64,000 nucleotides of DNA from an uncultured virus (IMG/VR IMGVR_UViG_3300047319_000243). Taxonomy: Duplodnaviria; Heunggongvirae; Uroviricota; Caudoviricetes. Below the pieces are notes generated by a model that worked only from the letters and a program-made list of their open reading frames with translations, ran no database searches and was not told the origin of the DNA. Shown piece after piece: positions 55,626 through 63,984 of this stretch (its first letter is position 1; each line of letters starts with the position of its first letter). A program made the translations under genes and the position numbers. Location: IMG/VR virus record IMGVR_UViG_3300047319_000243; one strand, given 5' to 3'.

Positions 55626-57104
55626 ATGGCGCAGTATGCTCCCCAAGCCCGCAAGCGAGCGGTTACTCATCGCGAGCAATCCGGGAATATCTATTGGACG
55701 CAGGCTGAGAAGAAGCAGGTAGCCGACGAAGCGTTCTATAGGTTACAGCGAGATAAGTCGTTATCCAGCATAGAAGCGATCGAGCAGGCACAGCGCAAGA
55801 CGCTGCCAAAGAATCGCCAGCGTGAGGGGTTAGCGCACATCGGGTTCGCGAAGTTCAAGCCATGGATCGAGCCGTTGTGGCATGAGATCGGCGAGAAGCA
55901 GGGCAAGCAGGCGAATGCGCGGGTGCAAGCTGAGCAGCTATTCCTTACCAGTCCCCCCGAGCCGCAGCCGGCACAGGAGCCAGCTGCACCGGAACCCGAA
56001 GCACAGAACGAGAACGAAGAAATGGCGGCGAACAACCCTCAAGAGATTCAGACCGTAGTTGGCGCGGCATTGGCGGCGGCCATGGACAAGAAAGGTGCGG
56101 ACAAGATAGCGACCAAGCCGAACCCACCGGGCAAACATGGCGGCTCACGCAAGATGCCGGAGAAGATCACCCGCTGGACGAACGACGAACGAGTATGGTT
56201 TATCACCCGTGTCGATGCGCTACGTGCTGAGGACACGATGCTATCGCTTACTCGGGCAGCGCATCGAGCCAACGCGGAAATGCCGCCAGAGAGACAGCGC
56301 ACAAGCACCGATTGGAGTTGGGCGAACATAGCGCCGTGGGCCGACAACATGCTCAAGATCGCCAAGTCCGAACGCATGGCGCGCGAGCACAAGGCACAGC
56401 AGGATGCGGAAGCAGCGCGCCAAGCGGCTGAGTCGGCCGAGGCAAGGGCGAAGGCTGAGCAGGCTGAGATCGATGCGGCTATTGCCAACAACACCGAAGC
56501 GCTCGAAGCCCGCGAGCGAGAGATCGAGGCGCGCATCGATGCGGAGGTTGCGGCACGAGTGGCAGCAGCTGAGGCGCGTTTGCGAGAGCAGCAGGTGAGC
56601 CGCCCGCTTGAGGGGATCATCCAGCTGTTTGCGGATAGGTTTGCTGAGGTGGCGGTCAAGTCGTTTGCAGGTGCGATCAACCGAGCAGTCTCGGACCAGA
56701 TGATGGCGATGCGCATTGATGCGGCAGTGCCAACGCCGCGAGTGGCTACGCCTGTTGAGAAAGCCATTGCGCCGCCACGTGAGCGACTGCCCAAGGTGTG
56801 CGTGGTTGGGCTGATCAACCAGCAGGAGCAGGACGTGAAGCGAGCGTTCGAGGACACGATCGACTTCGTGTTCGTGAAGTCGCAGACGCAAGGCGGCAGC
56901 GGTGGGCACGGTGGCGCGGGCATGCTGGCCAAGGCGAACAGCTGCGACATCGTGGCGTGTATGACTGACTTCGTAGGTCACGACGTTGAGTGGGCAGCCA
57001 AGAAGCTGAACATCCCATACTACCGAGTCAACGGCTCTGTGTCGGGCCTCAAAAGATGGCTGACCGAGTGGCTGACTGGAGAGTATTCAGGGAACGGAGG
57101 ATAA
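55626..57104 (+). CDS. Multidomain protein: two WT..E helical repeats, coiled coil, C-terminal DUF2325-like domain
   Basis: YWTQAEK and RWTNDER repeats; CDIVACMTDFVGH...AKKLNIPY...GSVSGL. Confidence 0.75.
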   Translation: MAQYAPQARKRAVTHREQSGNIYWTQAEKKQVADEAFYRLQRDKSLSSIEAIEQAQRKTLPKNRQREGLAHIGFAKFKPWIEPLWHEIGEKQGKQANARVQAEQLFLTSPPEPQPAQEPAAPEPEAQNENEEMAANNPQEIQTVVGAALAAAMDKKGADKIATKPNPPGKHGGSRKMPEKITRWTNDERVWFITRVDALRAEDTMLSLTRAAHRANAEMPPERQRTSTDWSWANIAPWADNMLKIAKSERMAREHKAQQDAEAARQAAESAEARAKAEQAEIDAAIANNTEALEAREREIEARIDAEVAARVAAAEARLREQQVSRPLEGIIQLFADRFAEVAVKSFAGAINRAVSDQMMAMRIDAAVPTPRVATPVEKAIAPPRERLPKVCVVGLINQQEQDVKRAFEDTIDFVFVKSQTQGGSGGHGGAGMLAKANSCDIVACMTDFVGHDVEWAAKKLNIPYYRVNGSVSGLKRWLTEWLTGEYSGNGG

Positions 57105-57222
57105 TAGTTACTGTTGTAAATCAGTGCGTTCGTCGAGTGGTCCGTGGGCGGGGCCACGCCGATAATTCAAGTTCGGTCATCGACAAATGCTGCCGTATGC
57201 AAGCGGCGAACGCACTGACCCC

Positions 57223-57251
57223 GGACAAACGGAGGCCGACTCCGAATGTCC
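57223..57251. repeat. 29-bp palindromic element, copy 11
   Basis: GGACAAACGGAG-gccga-CTCCGAATGTCC. Confidence 0.95.
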
Positions 57252-57275
57252 TTAACGTGATGAAAGGAGATCGAC

Positions 57276-57911
57276 ATGGAAGCAGTAGCCATGGGAGAAA
57301 AGACGGAGTTCAAGTTCAGCGAACTCTCTGAGAAAGCGAAGCAGACCGCGCGTGACTGGTATCGCGAATGCGTGTCGCAGGATTGGGAACCGGACCTCGA
57401 CGACGCCGCCACGTGCCTGAGCTATCTCGGGTTCGAGGTGAACAAGGAAAGCTACTCCACGCGAGTCGGCACACGGCAGCGCTGGGCGATCAGCTACTCG
57501 ATCGGCTACTGCCAGAGCGACTTTGCCGACTTCGCCGCTGAATGGAAGGCCGAGGCGATCGACATGGCCGGACTTCTGGCGTATGCACCGATCGACACGG
57601 AACTCCACAAAATGTGTGCTCGTGCGATGGCGCTCATGCTGCGCCATCCGCTTGCTGTTGGTGCGGTTAGGCGGCGCAATCATGGCGGCTCCGAATGCGA
57701 GTACGCATACCGTAACCCCGACGATGGGCAAGCTGTCGATGATGTGGACTTCGCGTTGCAGCACGATCTCGAAGCCATTGCCAAGGACATATGCGCTTGG
57801 CTGTACAAGCAGTTGAGGGATGAGTACGAGTATCAGACCAGCGACGAGCAGGTGATCGAAGGCATCGAGGCCAACGAATACGACTTCGACGAGGATGGCG
57901 AACGCGTATGA
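57276..57911 (+). CDS. Acidic conserved phage/plasmid protein (family often labelled 'antitoxin of TA stability system')
   Basis: F.ELSE.AK..AR.WY...YAP.DTELH...WLY.QL..EYEY.TSDE....I.ANEY.F...G. Confidence 0.75.
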   Translation: MEAVAMGEKTEFKFSELSEKAKQTARDWYRECVSQDWEPDLDDAATCLSYLGFEVNKESYSTRVGTRQRWAISYSIGYCQSDFADFAAEWKAEAIDMAGLLAYAPIDTELHKMCARAMALMLRHPLAVGAVRRRNHGGSECEYAYRNPDDGQAVDDVDFALQHDLEAIAKDICAWLYKQLRDEYEYQTSDEQVIEGIEANEYDFDEDGERV

Positions 57912-58186
57912 GCCGCACGTTTGTTACCGCCCGGCTCTACTGGATCAACGAGGCTGAGGGCGAGGGGCATTACGTCGACGGCGGCGAATCCATCGAGATC
58001 GTGACAGCGCCCATCGACTTCGCCACGGCTGAGGCGCATGTGCAGCTAGGCGGCGAGGCGGCGGTGTTTGATCCCAAGCAGAATGGCGCGATTGAAGTGT
58101 TCGATAGTGGGTGGGGGCCGCTGTTCTCGGGCCTGTGGGAAGGCTGTACTTTTCACGTACTTGTTAGGAGGATCGAGAGTGATTAA
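57908..58186 (+). CDS. Hypothetical protein
   Basis: ATGA coupling. Confidence 0.7.
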   Translation: MSRTFVTARLYWINEAEGEGHYVDGGESIEIVTAPIDFATAEAHVQLGGEAAVFDPKQNGAIEVFDSGWGPLFSGLWEGCTFHVLVRRIESD

Positions 58187-58448
58187 CGCTCACAAGCTGT
58201 TCAAGAGCCTGCGTGATGCAGGCATGGACGAGAGGCAGGCCGACGCATTCGCCGCAGCGATCGACGACTTCATGCGCGAGGACATCGCGACGAAGGGTGA
58301 CGTAGCGGCGGTGCGCGCTGACATCACACTGGCCGTCGAGCAGGTGAAGTCGCACACGTGGCAGACATGCCTCACCGTTTGCGGCGCGGTCGGTGTGATC
58401 CAGATCGGCGTGATCTATGCCCTGATCGAACGCCTCATTGCTAGGTAA
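58179..58448 (+). CDS. DUF1640/CCDC90-like coiled-coil membrane protein
   Basis: AGGAGG RBS and GTG; L.DAGM.E.QA.A....IATKGD; C-terminal TM. Confidence 0.75.
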   Translation: MINAHKLFKSLRDAGMDERQADAFAAAIDDFMREDIATKGDVAAVRADITLAVEQVKSHTWQTCLTVCGAVGVIQIGVIYALIERLIAR

Positions 58449-58454
58449 ACAGCC

Positions 58455-58778
58455 ATGATGCGAGAGGACATGATTGCCACACTCGGCGCAGACGTACACG
58501 AGTTGACGGCCAGCAAGATGTTCGAGCGCGGCGACATGGCATGGAAGTTCGCGCGCCGTGTAGTGATCCGCGCCGAGCCGGTGTCGTACCGTGCAGCGAT
58601 GACGCACCTGAAACTGGCTGAGCCGCAAGGCATGGTGGTGAAGGCGCGGCGCGGCCCCAAGGGCGGATGGATCGGTGCGACGTACACGCAAGAGATAACC
58701 CGACCGCTGCCGAAGGGTAGCCCGTGGGCATGGTACATCGTGGTCAAGGTGGTGCCCCGTACTACCCCGCAGAAGTAG
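58455..58778 (+). CDS. Hypothetical protein
   Basis: 107-aa ORF in operon. Confidence 0.65.
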   Translation: MMREDMIATLGADVHELTASKMFERGDMAWKFARRVVIRAEPVSYRAAMTHLKLAEPQGMVVKARRGPKGGWIGATYTQEITRPLPKGSPWAWYIVVKVVPRTTPQK

Positions 58779-58794
58779 TGTCGTTTTTTGTACG

Positions 58795-58831
58795 TAGAAT
58801 CGTTAGCGATTCTAACTAATGCAGTTATAAT
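58795..58831 (+). promoter_or_regulatory. Promoter with overlapping palindrome
   Basis: TTAGCG-17-TATAAT; TAGAATCG-ttag-CGATTCTA covers the -35. Confidence 0.5.
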
Positions 58832-58851
58832 TCACGTGAGGAAAGGAAACC

Positions 58852-60060
58852 ATGAGTCTGCGTAATTCGACCCTGTTGTATCGCCCGGCCCTGTCTGTCT
58901 GGACCGCTCGCAAGCTGGACAAGACGCAGAGCGTTCTCGTCGCGCACAACGCTGACGCCAAGGAAGGCGTGGCGAACGTGCACAAGAACCTGTTGCCCGA
59001 GTGCAAGGAACTGGAGGACGTGACCAAGTGGGCCACGCAGTTCCGCACGTTCATCTACACGTCGACGCTGCCGTGGGATGACAGCGGATGGCGCATCGGG
59101 CAGGTGGCGCGCCACATGGAGTTCATGCAGGAGATCGGCGACCGCATCAATCTCGGCAACCTGTTGGTGGATGCGCTCATGCGTGTCTATCAGTCGCGCG
59201 TCGAGGACGCCAAGTTCACGCTCAACAAGATGTTCAACCCGATGGACTATCCGAGTGTGCAAGAGGTGCGCTCGCGGTTCTCGTTCGCGGTGAGCGTGAT
59301 GCCGATGCCGGCGGCGTCGGACTTCCGCGCGGTCGAGGGTATCCCGAAGGCCGAGGTTGAGAAGCTGGAGAAAGCGGCGGCCGAGGCAGTCGAGCAGCGC
59401 ATCGCCGAGGCCATGAAGGAAGCGTACGAGCGGCTGTATGAAGTGGTGGCGGCCATGGCCAACACGCTCGACGGGTACGACGGCGGCACGATCAAGAAAT
59501 TCAACGACTCGTTGGTAGGTAACATCGCCAAGATCGTGAAGGTCATGCCGGCGCTGAACTTGACGAACGACCCGAAGCTCGCAGCGCTGGCGAGCGACGC
59601 CGAGGAACTGGCGAACTATGCGGCCATGGACTTGCGTCAGCACGCGCCGACTCGTGAGGCAGCGATCAACGAGGCGCGCAAGCTGCAGATGAAGTTCAAG
59701 GGGTCGATCGCAGCATCCCTGCCGGCCACGGGCGATACGAAGGTGAAGGCCCCGAAGATCAAGGCCGGGCCGCGACCGGCGCAGAAGGCGACGCCAGTCG
59801 GCACGAAGGCGATCGAGCAGGCCAAGGCGGCGGTGAAGAAAGCCCCGGCGAAGAAGGCAGCACCTGCGCCGACGCCCGCGCAGAAGAAGGTCGCGAAGAA
59901 GGTGGTTGAAGAAACGCTGAAGAAGTTGGCAGATAAGAAAGCGCCGGCACCGAAGCGCCCGGCTCAGAGGAAGCCGACCGTAGTGGCTGAGGCGGCGGTG
60001 GCGCGCGTGCAGCAGGCGGCCGATCCGAAGGCCCTGTTCGGCGACATGATGGACATGTAA
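58852..60060 (+). CDS. DUF3150-like protein with Lys/Ala/Pro-rich tail
   Basis: W.ARK.D...TLPW.D.G.R...YPS..EVR.RF...LNLTNDP.L; upstream of AAA/VWA genes. Confidence 0.7.
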   Translation: MSLRNSTLLYRPALSVWTARKLDKTQSVLVAHNADAKEGVANVHKNLLPECKELEDVTKWATQFRTFIYTSTLPWDDSGWRIGQVARHMEFMQEIGDRINLGNLLVDALMRVYQSRVEDAKFTLNKMFNPMDYPSVQEVRSRFSFAVSVMPMPAASDFRAVEGIPKAEVEKLEKAAAEAVEQRIAEAMKEAYERLYEVVAAMANTLDGYDGGTIKKFNDSLVGNIAKIVKVMPALNLTNDPKLAALASDAEELANYAAMDLRQHAPTREAAINEARKLQMKFKGSIAASLPATGDTKVKAPKIKAGPRPAQKATPVGTKAIEQAKAAVKKAPAKKAAPAPTPAQKKVAKKVVEETLKKLADKKAPAPKRPAQRKPTVVAEAAVARVQQAADPKALFGDMMDM

Positions 60061-60068
60061 GAAAAGAT

Positions 60069-60097
60069 GGACAAACGGAGGCAGACTCCGTTTGTCC
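60069..60097. repeat. 29-bp palindromic element, copy 12
   Basis: GGACAAACGGAG-gcaga-CTCCGTTTGTCC. Confidence 0.95.
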
Positions 60098-60138
60098 GAA
60101 CCACTTCTACCCAACGAGATTAAAGGATAACACCAATC

Positions 60139-61254
60139 ATGGCTATCAAACTCAAAGAACTCCCGCCCGTCCTGATCCGCAACTACATGGCCAAGACGAA
60201 CACGCTGATCACCAGCAAGCCGGCGCTCGGCAAGACGCAGACGATCGAGCAGTTCGCCAAGTACATGCAGCGCAAGGTGAAGGACTTCCGGTCGTGGGCT
60301 TTCTACGCCCCCACGATGTCGCCGATGGACATCCAAGCGAGCGCGCCTGACAACGAGCGCGGCACGCTGCGGCTCTACAACAACGAGGCGCTGCCCAACG
60401 CATACACGGACCCGGACGCCGTGGGCGTGCTGTTCATCGACGAAATGATGAACGCCGATCAGTCCACGCTCAAGCTGCTGCAGAAGTACGTCAACGGCGA
60501 GGACATGAGCGGCGTTCTGCGTAAGCCGGACAACGTGATGGTGGTCGCCGCGGGCAACCGCTTGGCAGATAAGTCGAGCGTGCAGCAGCATGGCCGCGCG
60601 TTCATGTCGCGCTTCGAGCAGCTGGAGGTGTACAGCGATGCGAACGACAACATCGAGTACGCCGCCAAGCACGCATGGCACCCGAACGTGCAGACGTTCT
60701 TCAAGGATCACCCGGCGAGCATCGACAACTACGACGAGGTGTACGAGACGGCGGGTAGCGCAGCGGGCAAGGCAGCGGCGGGCCAGCCGCGCAACGACAC
60801 GCTGACCGAGGAAGGCAAGCGCGGGCTGTGGGCGAACATGCGTAGCTGGGAGCGCATCAGCAAGAAGGAATACGCGGCCGACCAGCTGGGCCAACCGCTC
60901 ACCTTGGCTGAGGCCGTGGGCAACCTCGGCAGCGGCGTGGGCGCGGCGTACGAGGCCCACAAGCGTGCTCTCGCTACCCTGCCGGCGTTTGCTGCGATCA
61001 TGGCTGACCCCAAGGGCGCACCGATCCCGGTCAAGATGGATGAGCAGTACGCGCTCGCGATGGTCATCGCGCTGAAGTGCAACGCGGACCAGATTTCTCA
61101 GGTCAAGACGTACGGCGAGCGCATGCCGCTGGAGTTGCAGGCCGCAGTGCTGCGCCACTTGATGCAGCGCAAGAACTTCGACGTGTCGGGCACGGACGAC
61201 TATGTGGACTGGATCAGCAACCCGAAGCTGTCCAAGCTGTTGAACGGTCGTTGA
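60139..61254 (+). CDS. MoxR-like AAA+ ATPase
   Basis: SKPALGKT, LFIDE, AAGNR..D, SRF, RSWE. Confidence 0.88.
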   Translation: MAIKLKELPPVLIRNYMAKTNTLITSKPALGKTQTIEQFAKYMQRKVKDFRSWAFYAPTMSPMDIQASAPDNERGTLRLYNNEALPNAYTDPDAVGVLFIDEMMNADQSTLKLLQKYVNGEDMSGVLRKPDNVMVVAAGNRLADKSSVQQHGRAFMSRFEQLEVYSDANDNIEYAAKHAWHPNVQTFFKDHPASIDNYDEVYETAGSAAGKAAAGQPRNDTLTEEGKRGLWANMRSWERISKKEYAADQLGQPLTLAEAVGNLGSGVGAAYEAHKRALATLPAFAAIMADPKGAPIPVKMDEQYALAMVIALKCNADQISQVKTYGERMPLELQAAVLRHLMQRKNFDVSGTDDYVDWISNPKLSKLLNGR

Positions 61255-61257
61255 TCG

Positions 61258-61461
61258 ATGCCTAAGTTCAAGGTGCAAGTAGACAAGCTCACCGTCTACG
61301 AGTTGGAGGTGGAGGCCGACACGCGGGAAGCCGCGTGCTCGGTCGGCGCGAAGCTCATCGAGGCGATGGGCGATGGGCGTGTGTACCACCGCAAAGAGTC
61401 GTATCCATACGAGGCGAATTTTGCCGAGGAAGTAAAACCGAAAACGCGGGGGAAGGAATGA
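61258..61461 (+). CDS. Small hypothetical protein
   Basis: KFKV.V......EVEADT.EAA. Confidence 0.65.
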   Translation: MPKFKVQVDKLTVYELEVEADTREAACSVGAKLIEAMGDGRVYHRKESYPYEANFAEEVKPKTRGKE

Positions 61462-61652
61462 ACAAGCAACTGAAGGTGTTCGAGGTCGAGATCGAGGAAA
61501 CGGTGCGCTACACGTATTCGATCCGTGCGAAGGACCAGACGCAGGCCAAGCGCCTCGCCACGCTGGCGCATCGCGATGACGGTGCTGATCGCGCGAGCGC
61601 TAACACCGAAGTCACCGAGCAGCAGCTGACCTACGTGCATGAGGTGGCGTGA
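61458..61652 (+). CDS. Small hypothetical protein (DpnD/PcfM-like pattern)
   Basis: AAGGA RBS; KVFEVEIEET.....I.A.D..QA. Confidence 0.65.
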   Translation: MNKQLKVFEVEIEETVRYTYSIRAKDQTQAKRLATLAHRDDGADRASANTEVTEQQLTYVHEVA

Positions 61653-62818
61653 TGAGCGAGAACGTTGCCGCGCCGGCCGCCGTCCGGCTTACGATCCGTC
61701 ATCCGTTCTGGACGGAAATCTATTACAGCATGACGGTCATCGAGTCCGATGGCTCGGATGGTGTCGAGACGCAAGCCACCGATGGGCGCAACCTGTGGAT
61801 CAACACCGAGTTCTTTAAGAGCATCCCGCTGGATCAGCAGGTGTCGGAGATCGTGCACGAGTTGTGCCACAAGATCTTTCTCCACACGACGCGACGCGGC
61901 CAGCGTGACCCGAAGCTGTGGAACATCGCGTGCGATTACGTCATCAACGCGATGATGAAAAACAACGGCTTCGTGCTGGGCAATGACTGGCTGCTCGACA
62001 TGAAGTACGACGGCTGGCTTGCTGAGGCCGTCTATGCCGATCTGGCGAAGAAGCAGGACGAGCAGCAGCAACAGCAGCAGCCCGGCCAAGGCAAGGGGCG
62101 AGGGCAGAGCCAAGGGCCGCAGCTGCCCAAGGGTCGCCAAGACATCCGCGAGGCGCAGGGGACGCCGGAGGAACAGGCCAAGCAGGAGGACGAGGTGAAG
62201 GCGCTCGTCGATCGCGCGCTCGCCAATGCGAAGGCCATGGGCAACGTGCCGGTGGGCATGGAGTCGGGCACGGCGCAGGCGTTCAAGTCGCCGAGCGAAC
62301 CGTGGTACAACCACTTGCACCGCTACATGCAGTCGCTGGCGGTGAACGAGTACAACTGGGCACGCATCAACCGGCGCGCGCTGCTCACGCATGGTGTGTT
62401 CGCGCCGCTGCATTACTCGGAAGCGTTGGGCGACATCGCGCTGGGCATCGACACGTCGGGCAGCTGCTATATGGCGGCCGAGCAGGCGCGCTTCGCTGAG
62501 CACCTGAATGCGATTCTCGCGGAGGCCAAGCCGCGCCGCGTGCACGTGTACTACTTCGACACGAAGGTGTATCCGGGCGAGGTGATCGAGGCCGGCGAGT
62601 TCGACGTGCAGACGAAGCCCAAGGGTGGGGGAGGCACGTCGTTCGTCCCGCTGTTCGAGCAGCTGCAGGAGGACGGCATCGAGCCGGAGTTGTGCATCAT
62701 CCTGACTGACTTGCTCGGCCGCTTCCCGAAGGACGAGCCGACGTATCCTGTGGTGTGGGCCAACACGCTGCCGTATGGCGTGGCCCCGTTCGGTGAGACG
62801 ATCTACCTTGTTGACTAA
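61649..62818 (+). CDS. DUF2201-type metallopeptidase-VWA protein
   Basis: ATDG, HELCH (HExxH), WNIACDY.IN; MIDAS-like IDTSGS; GGGGTSF; LTD. Confidence 0.88.
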   Translation: MMSENVAAPAAVRLTIRHPFWTEIYYSMTVIESDGSDGVETQATDGRNLWINTEFFKSIPLDQQVSEIVHELCHKIFLHTTRRGQRDPKLWNIACDYVINAMMKNNGFVLGNDWLLDMKYDGWLAEAVYADLAKKQDEQQQQQQPGQGKGRGQSQGPQLPKGRQDIREAQGTPEEQAKQEDEVKALVDRALANAKAMGNVPVGMESGTAQAFKSPSEPWYNHLHRYMQSLAVNEYNWARINRRALLTHGVFAPLHYSEALGDIALGIDTSGSCYMAAEQARFAEHLNAILAEAKPRRVHVYYFDTKVYPGEVIEAGEFDVQTKPKGGGGTSFVPLFEQLQEDGIEPELCIILTDLLGRFPKDEPTYPVVWANTLPYGVAPFGETIYLVD

Positions 62819-62831
62819 GGACCGCGGCGTG

Positions 62832-63083
62832 ATGGAGACGCACCTTGCCCTGCTGGGCTGGGTGCCTTTCCGCTGGGGCCAAGCCGCAGCCCACAACCCG
62901 TCGTGGCACGACATTGTTGTATGGGTGAACTTCGCGCCCGATGACGCCGGCGACTGGTTCGGCTGGACGCGCAACAGCGTGTTCCCCACGCCCGACTTCG
63001 ACGAGATAAAAGAGTGGCCGAAAGACGATGCGCTGTTCTGGCAGCTGGCCAAAGGCCTGACAGAAGATGAGAGGTTCAAGTGA
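62832..63083 (+). CDS. Trp-rich hypothetical protein (paralogue of the next gene)
   Basis: METHLALLGWVP...DALFW. Confidence 0.65.
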   Translation: METHLALLGWVPFRWGQAAAHNPSWHDIVVWVNFAPDDAGDWFGWTRNSVFPTPDFDEIKEWPKDDALFWQLAKGLTEDERFK

Positions 63084-63391
63084 AGATCGTGAACAGGGAA
63101 GCCATGGAGGCGCACCTGACGTTGCAGGGGTGGACACCGGCATCGTATGGGTCGATCGGCGCGAGGAAGGGCAACATCGTCTGGTATATGTTCCGCGAGT
63201 ACAACGGGGACGGGGATGAGAGCTTCAAGTTCGGGCACTCGCTGTTGAACCCGGTTGACCCGGACAAGCATGATCTCGAAGTGTGGTACTGGAGCGATGA
63301 GTTGTTCTGGCCGTTCGCGCGTCATCTGCAGAAAGACGCGACGCGCATCAAGACGGAGAGCGTTGTCGAGCACTTCGTCCGCAAGATTTAA
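63080..63391 (+). CDS. Trp-rich hypothetical protein
   Basis: MEAHLTLQGWTP...DELFW. Confidence 0.7.
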   Translation: MKIVNREAMEAHLTLQGWTPASYGSIGARKGNIVWYMFREYNGDGDESFKFGHSLLNPVDPDKHDLEVWYWSDELFWPFARHLQKDATRIKTESVVEHFVRKI

Positions 63392-63422
63392 TACGACCGT
63401 AGTGAGTGAGAAGGAGAGCATC

Positions 63423-63713
63423 ATGGCAAGCATGGACGATAGGATTGAAGAAGTCAGAGACCGGCTGATCCGCATGGAATCGCGCATGGTGCAGCTGGGC
63501 GATCACGTGGGTGCGAACCTGCGTGTGCGCGAAAAGATCGATGTGAAGTTCGACGCGCAGGGCGAGCCGTATGTCGAGATCGACTCGCCTGAACAGTCGC
63601 TGTCGCGCATCGTGCGCATCATGCGCGAGAAAGGTGTCAAGGCGGGCGAAGTCCCGTTGCTTATCGGCGGCCTGCGTGTGGCCGTCATCTACCCCGCACG
63701 CATTACGAACTAG
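63423..63713 (+). CDS. Hypothetical protein
   Basis: AAGGAG RBS (MASMDDR). Confidence 0.7.
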   Translation: MASMDDRIEEVRDRLIRMESRMVQLGDHVGANLRVREKIDVKFDAQGEPYVEIDSPEQSLSRIVRIMREKGVKAGEVPLLIGGLRVAVIYPARITN

Positions 63714-63720
63714 GACCATC

Positions 63721-63984
63721 ATGGAACAGGCAGTCAACCCGAACACCACCGATCTCGTCACGCCGGAGCAGCCGCCGGAAGTAGCGGCCATGCTCGATGC
63801 GCTGCCGGGACTCGTGGGTGCCATCGACGCAGCAGTGAAAGACGTGGCCGGCAAGCAGATGCCGTTCGTGCTGCTCGTATTCCCCGGCCAAGGCGCGCTG
63901 CACGCGACCAACATCAACCCCGCCTCGCAGGCGATCACTGCTATCAAGCAGCTGGCGCACGAGTGGCACGAGCAGGGTGCGTAG
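63721..63984 (+). CDS. Hypothetical protein
   Basis: AGGA RBS (MEQAVNP). Confidence 0.7.
   Translation: MEQAVNPNTTDLVTPEQPPEVAAMLDALPGLVGAIDAAVKDVAGKQMPFVLLVFPGQGALHATNINPASQAITAIKQLAHEWHEQGA

Noticed and set aside
49300..60097. CRISPR array reading of the 29-bp palindromes
   Set aside because: Copies are 40 bp to about 2.8 kb apart with whole genes between them, the core varies, and no cas operon is present.
49300..60097. Classical integron attC array
   Set aside because: No IntI tyrosine recombinase in the window. The arms lack extrahelical bases and consistent RYYYAAC/GTTRRRY ends.
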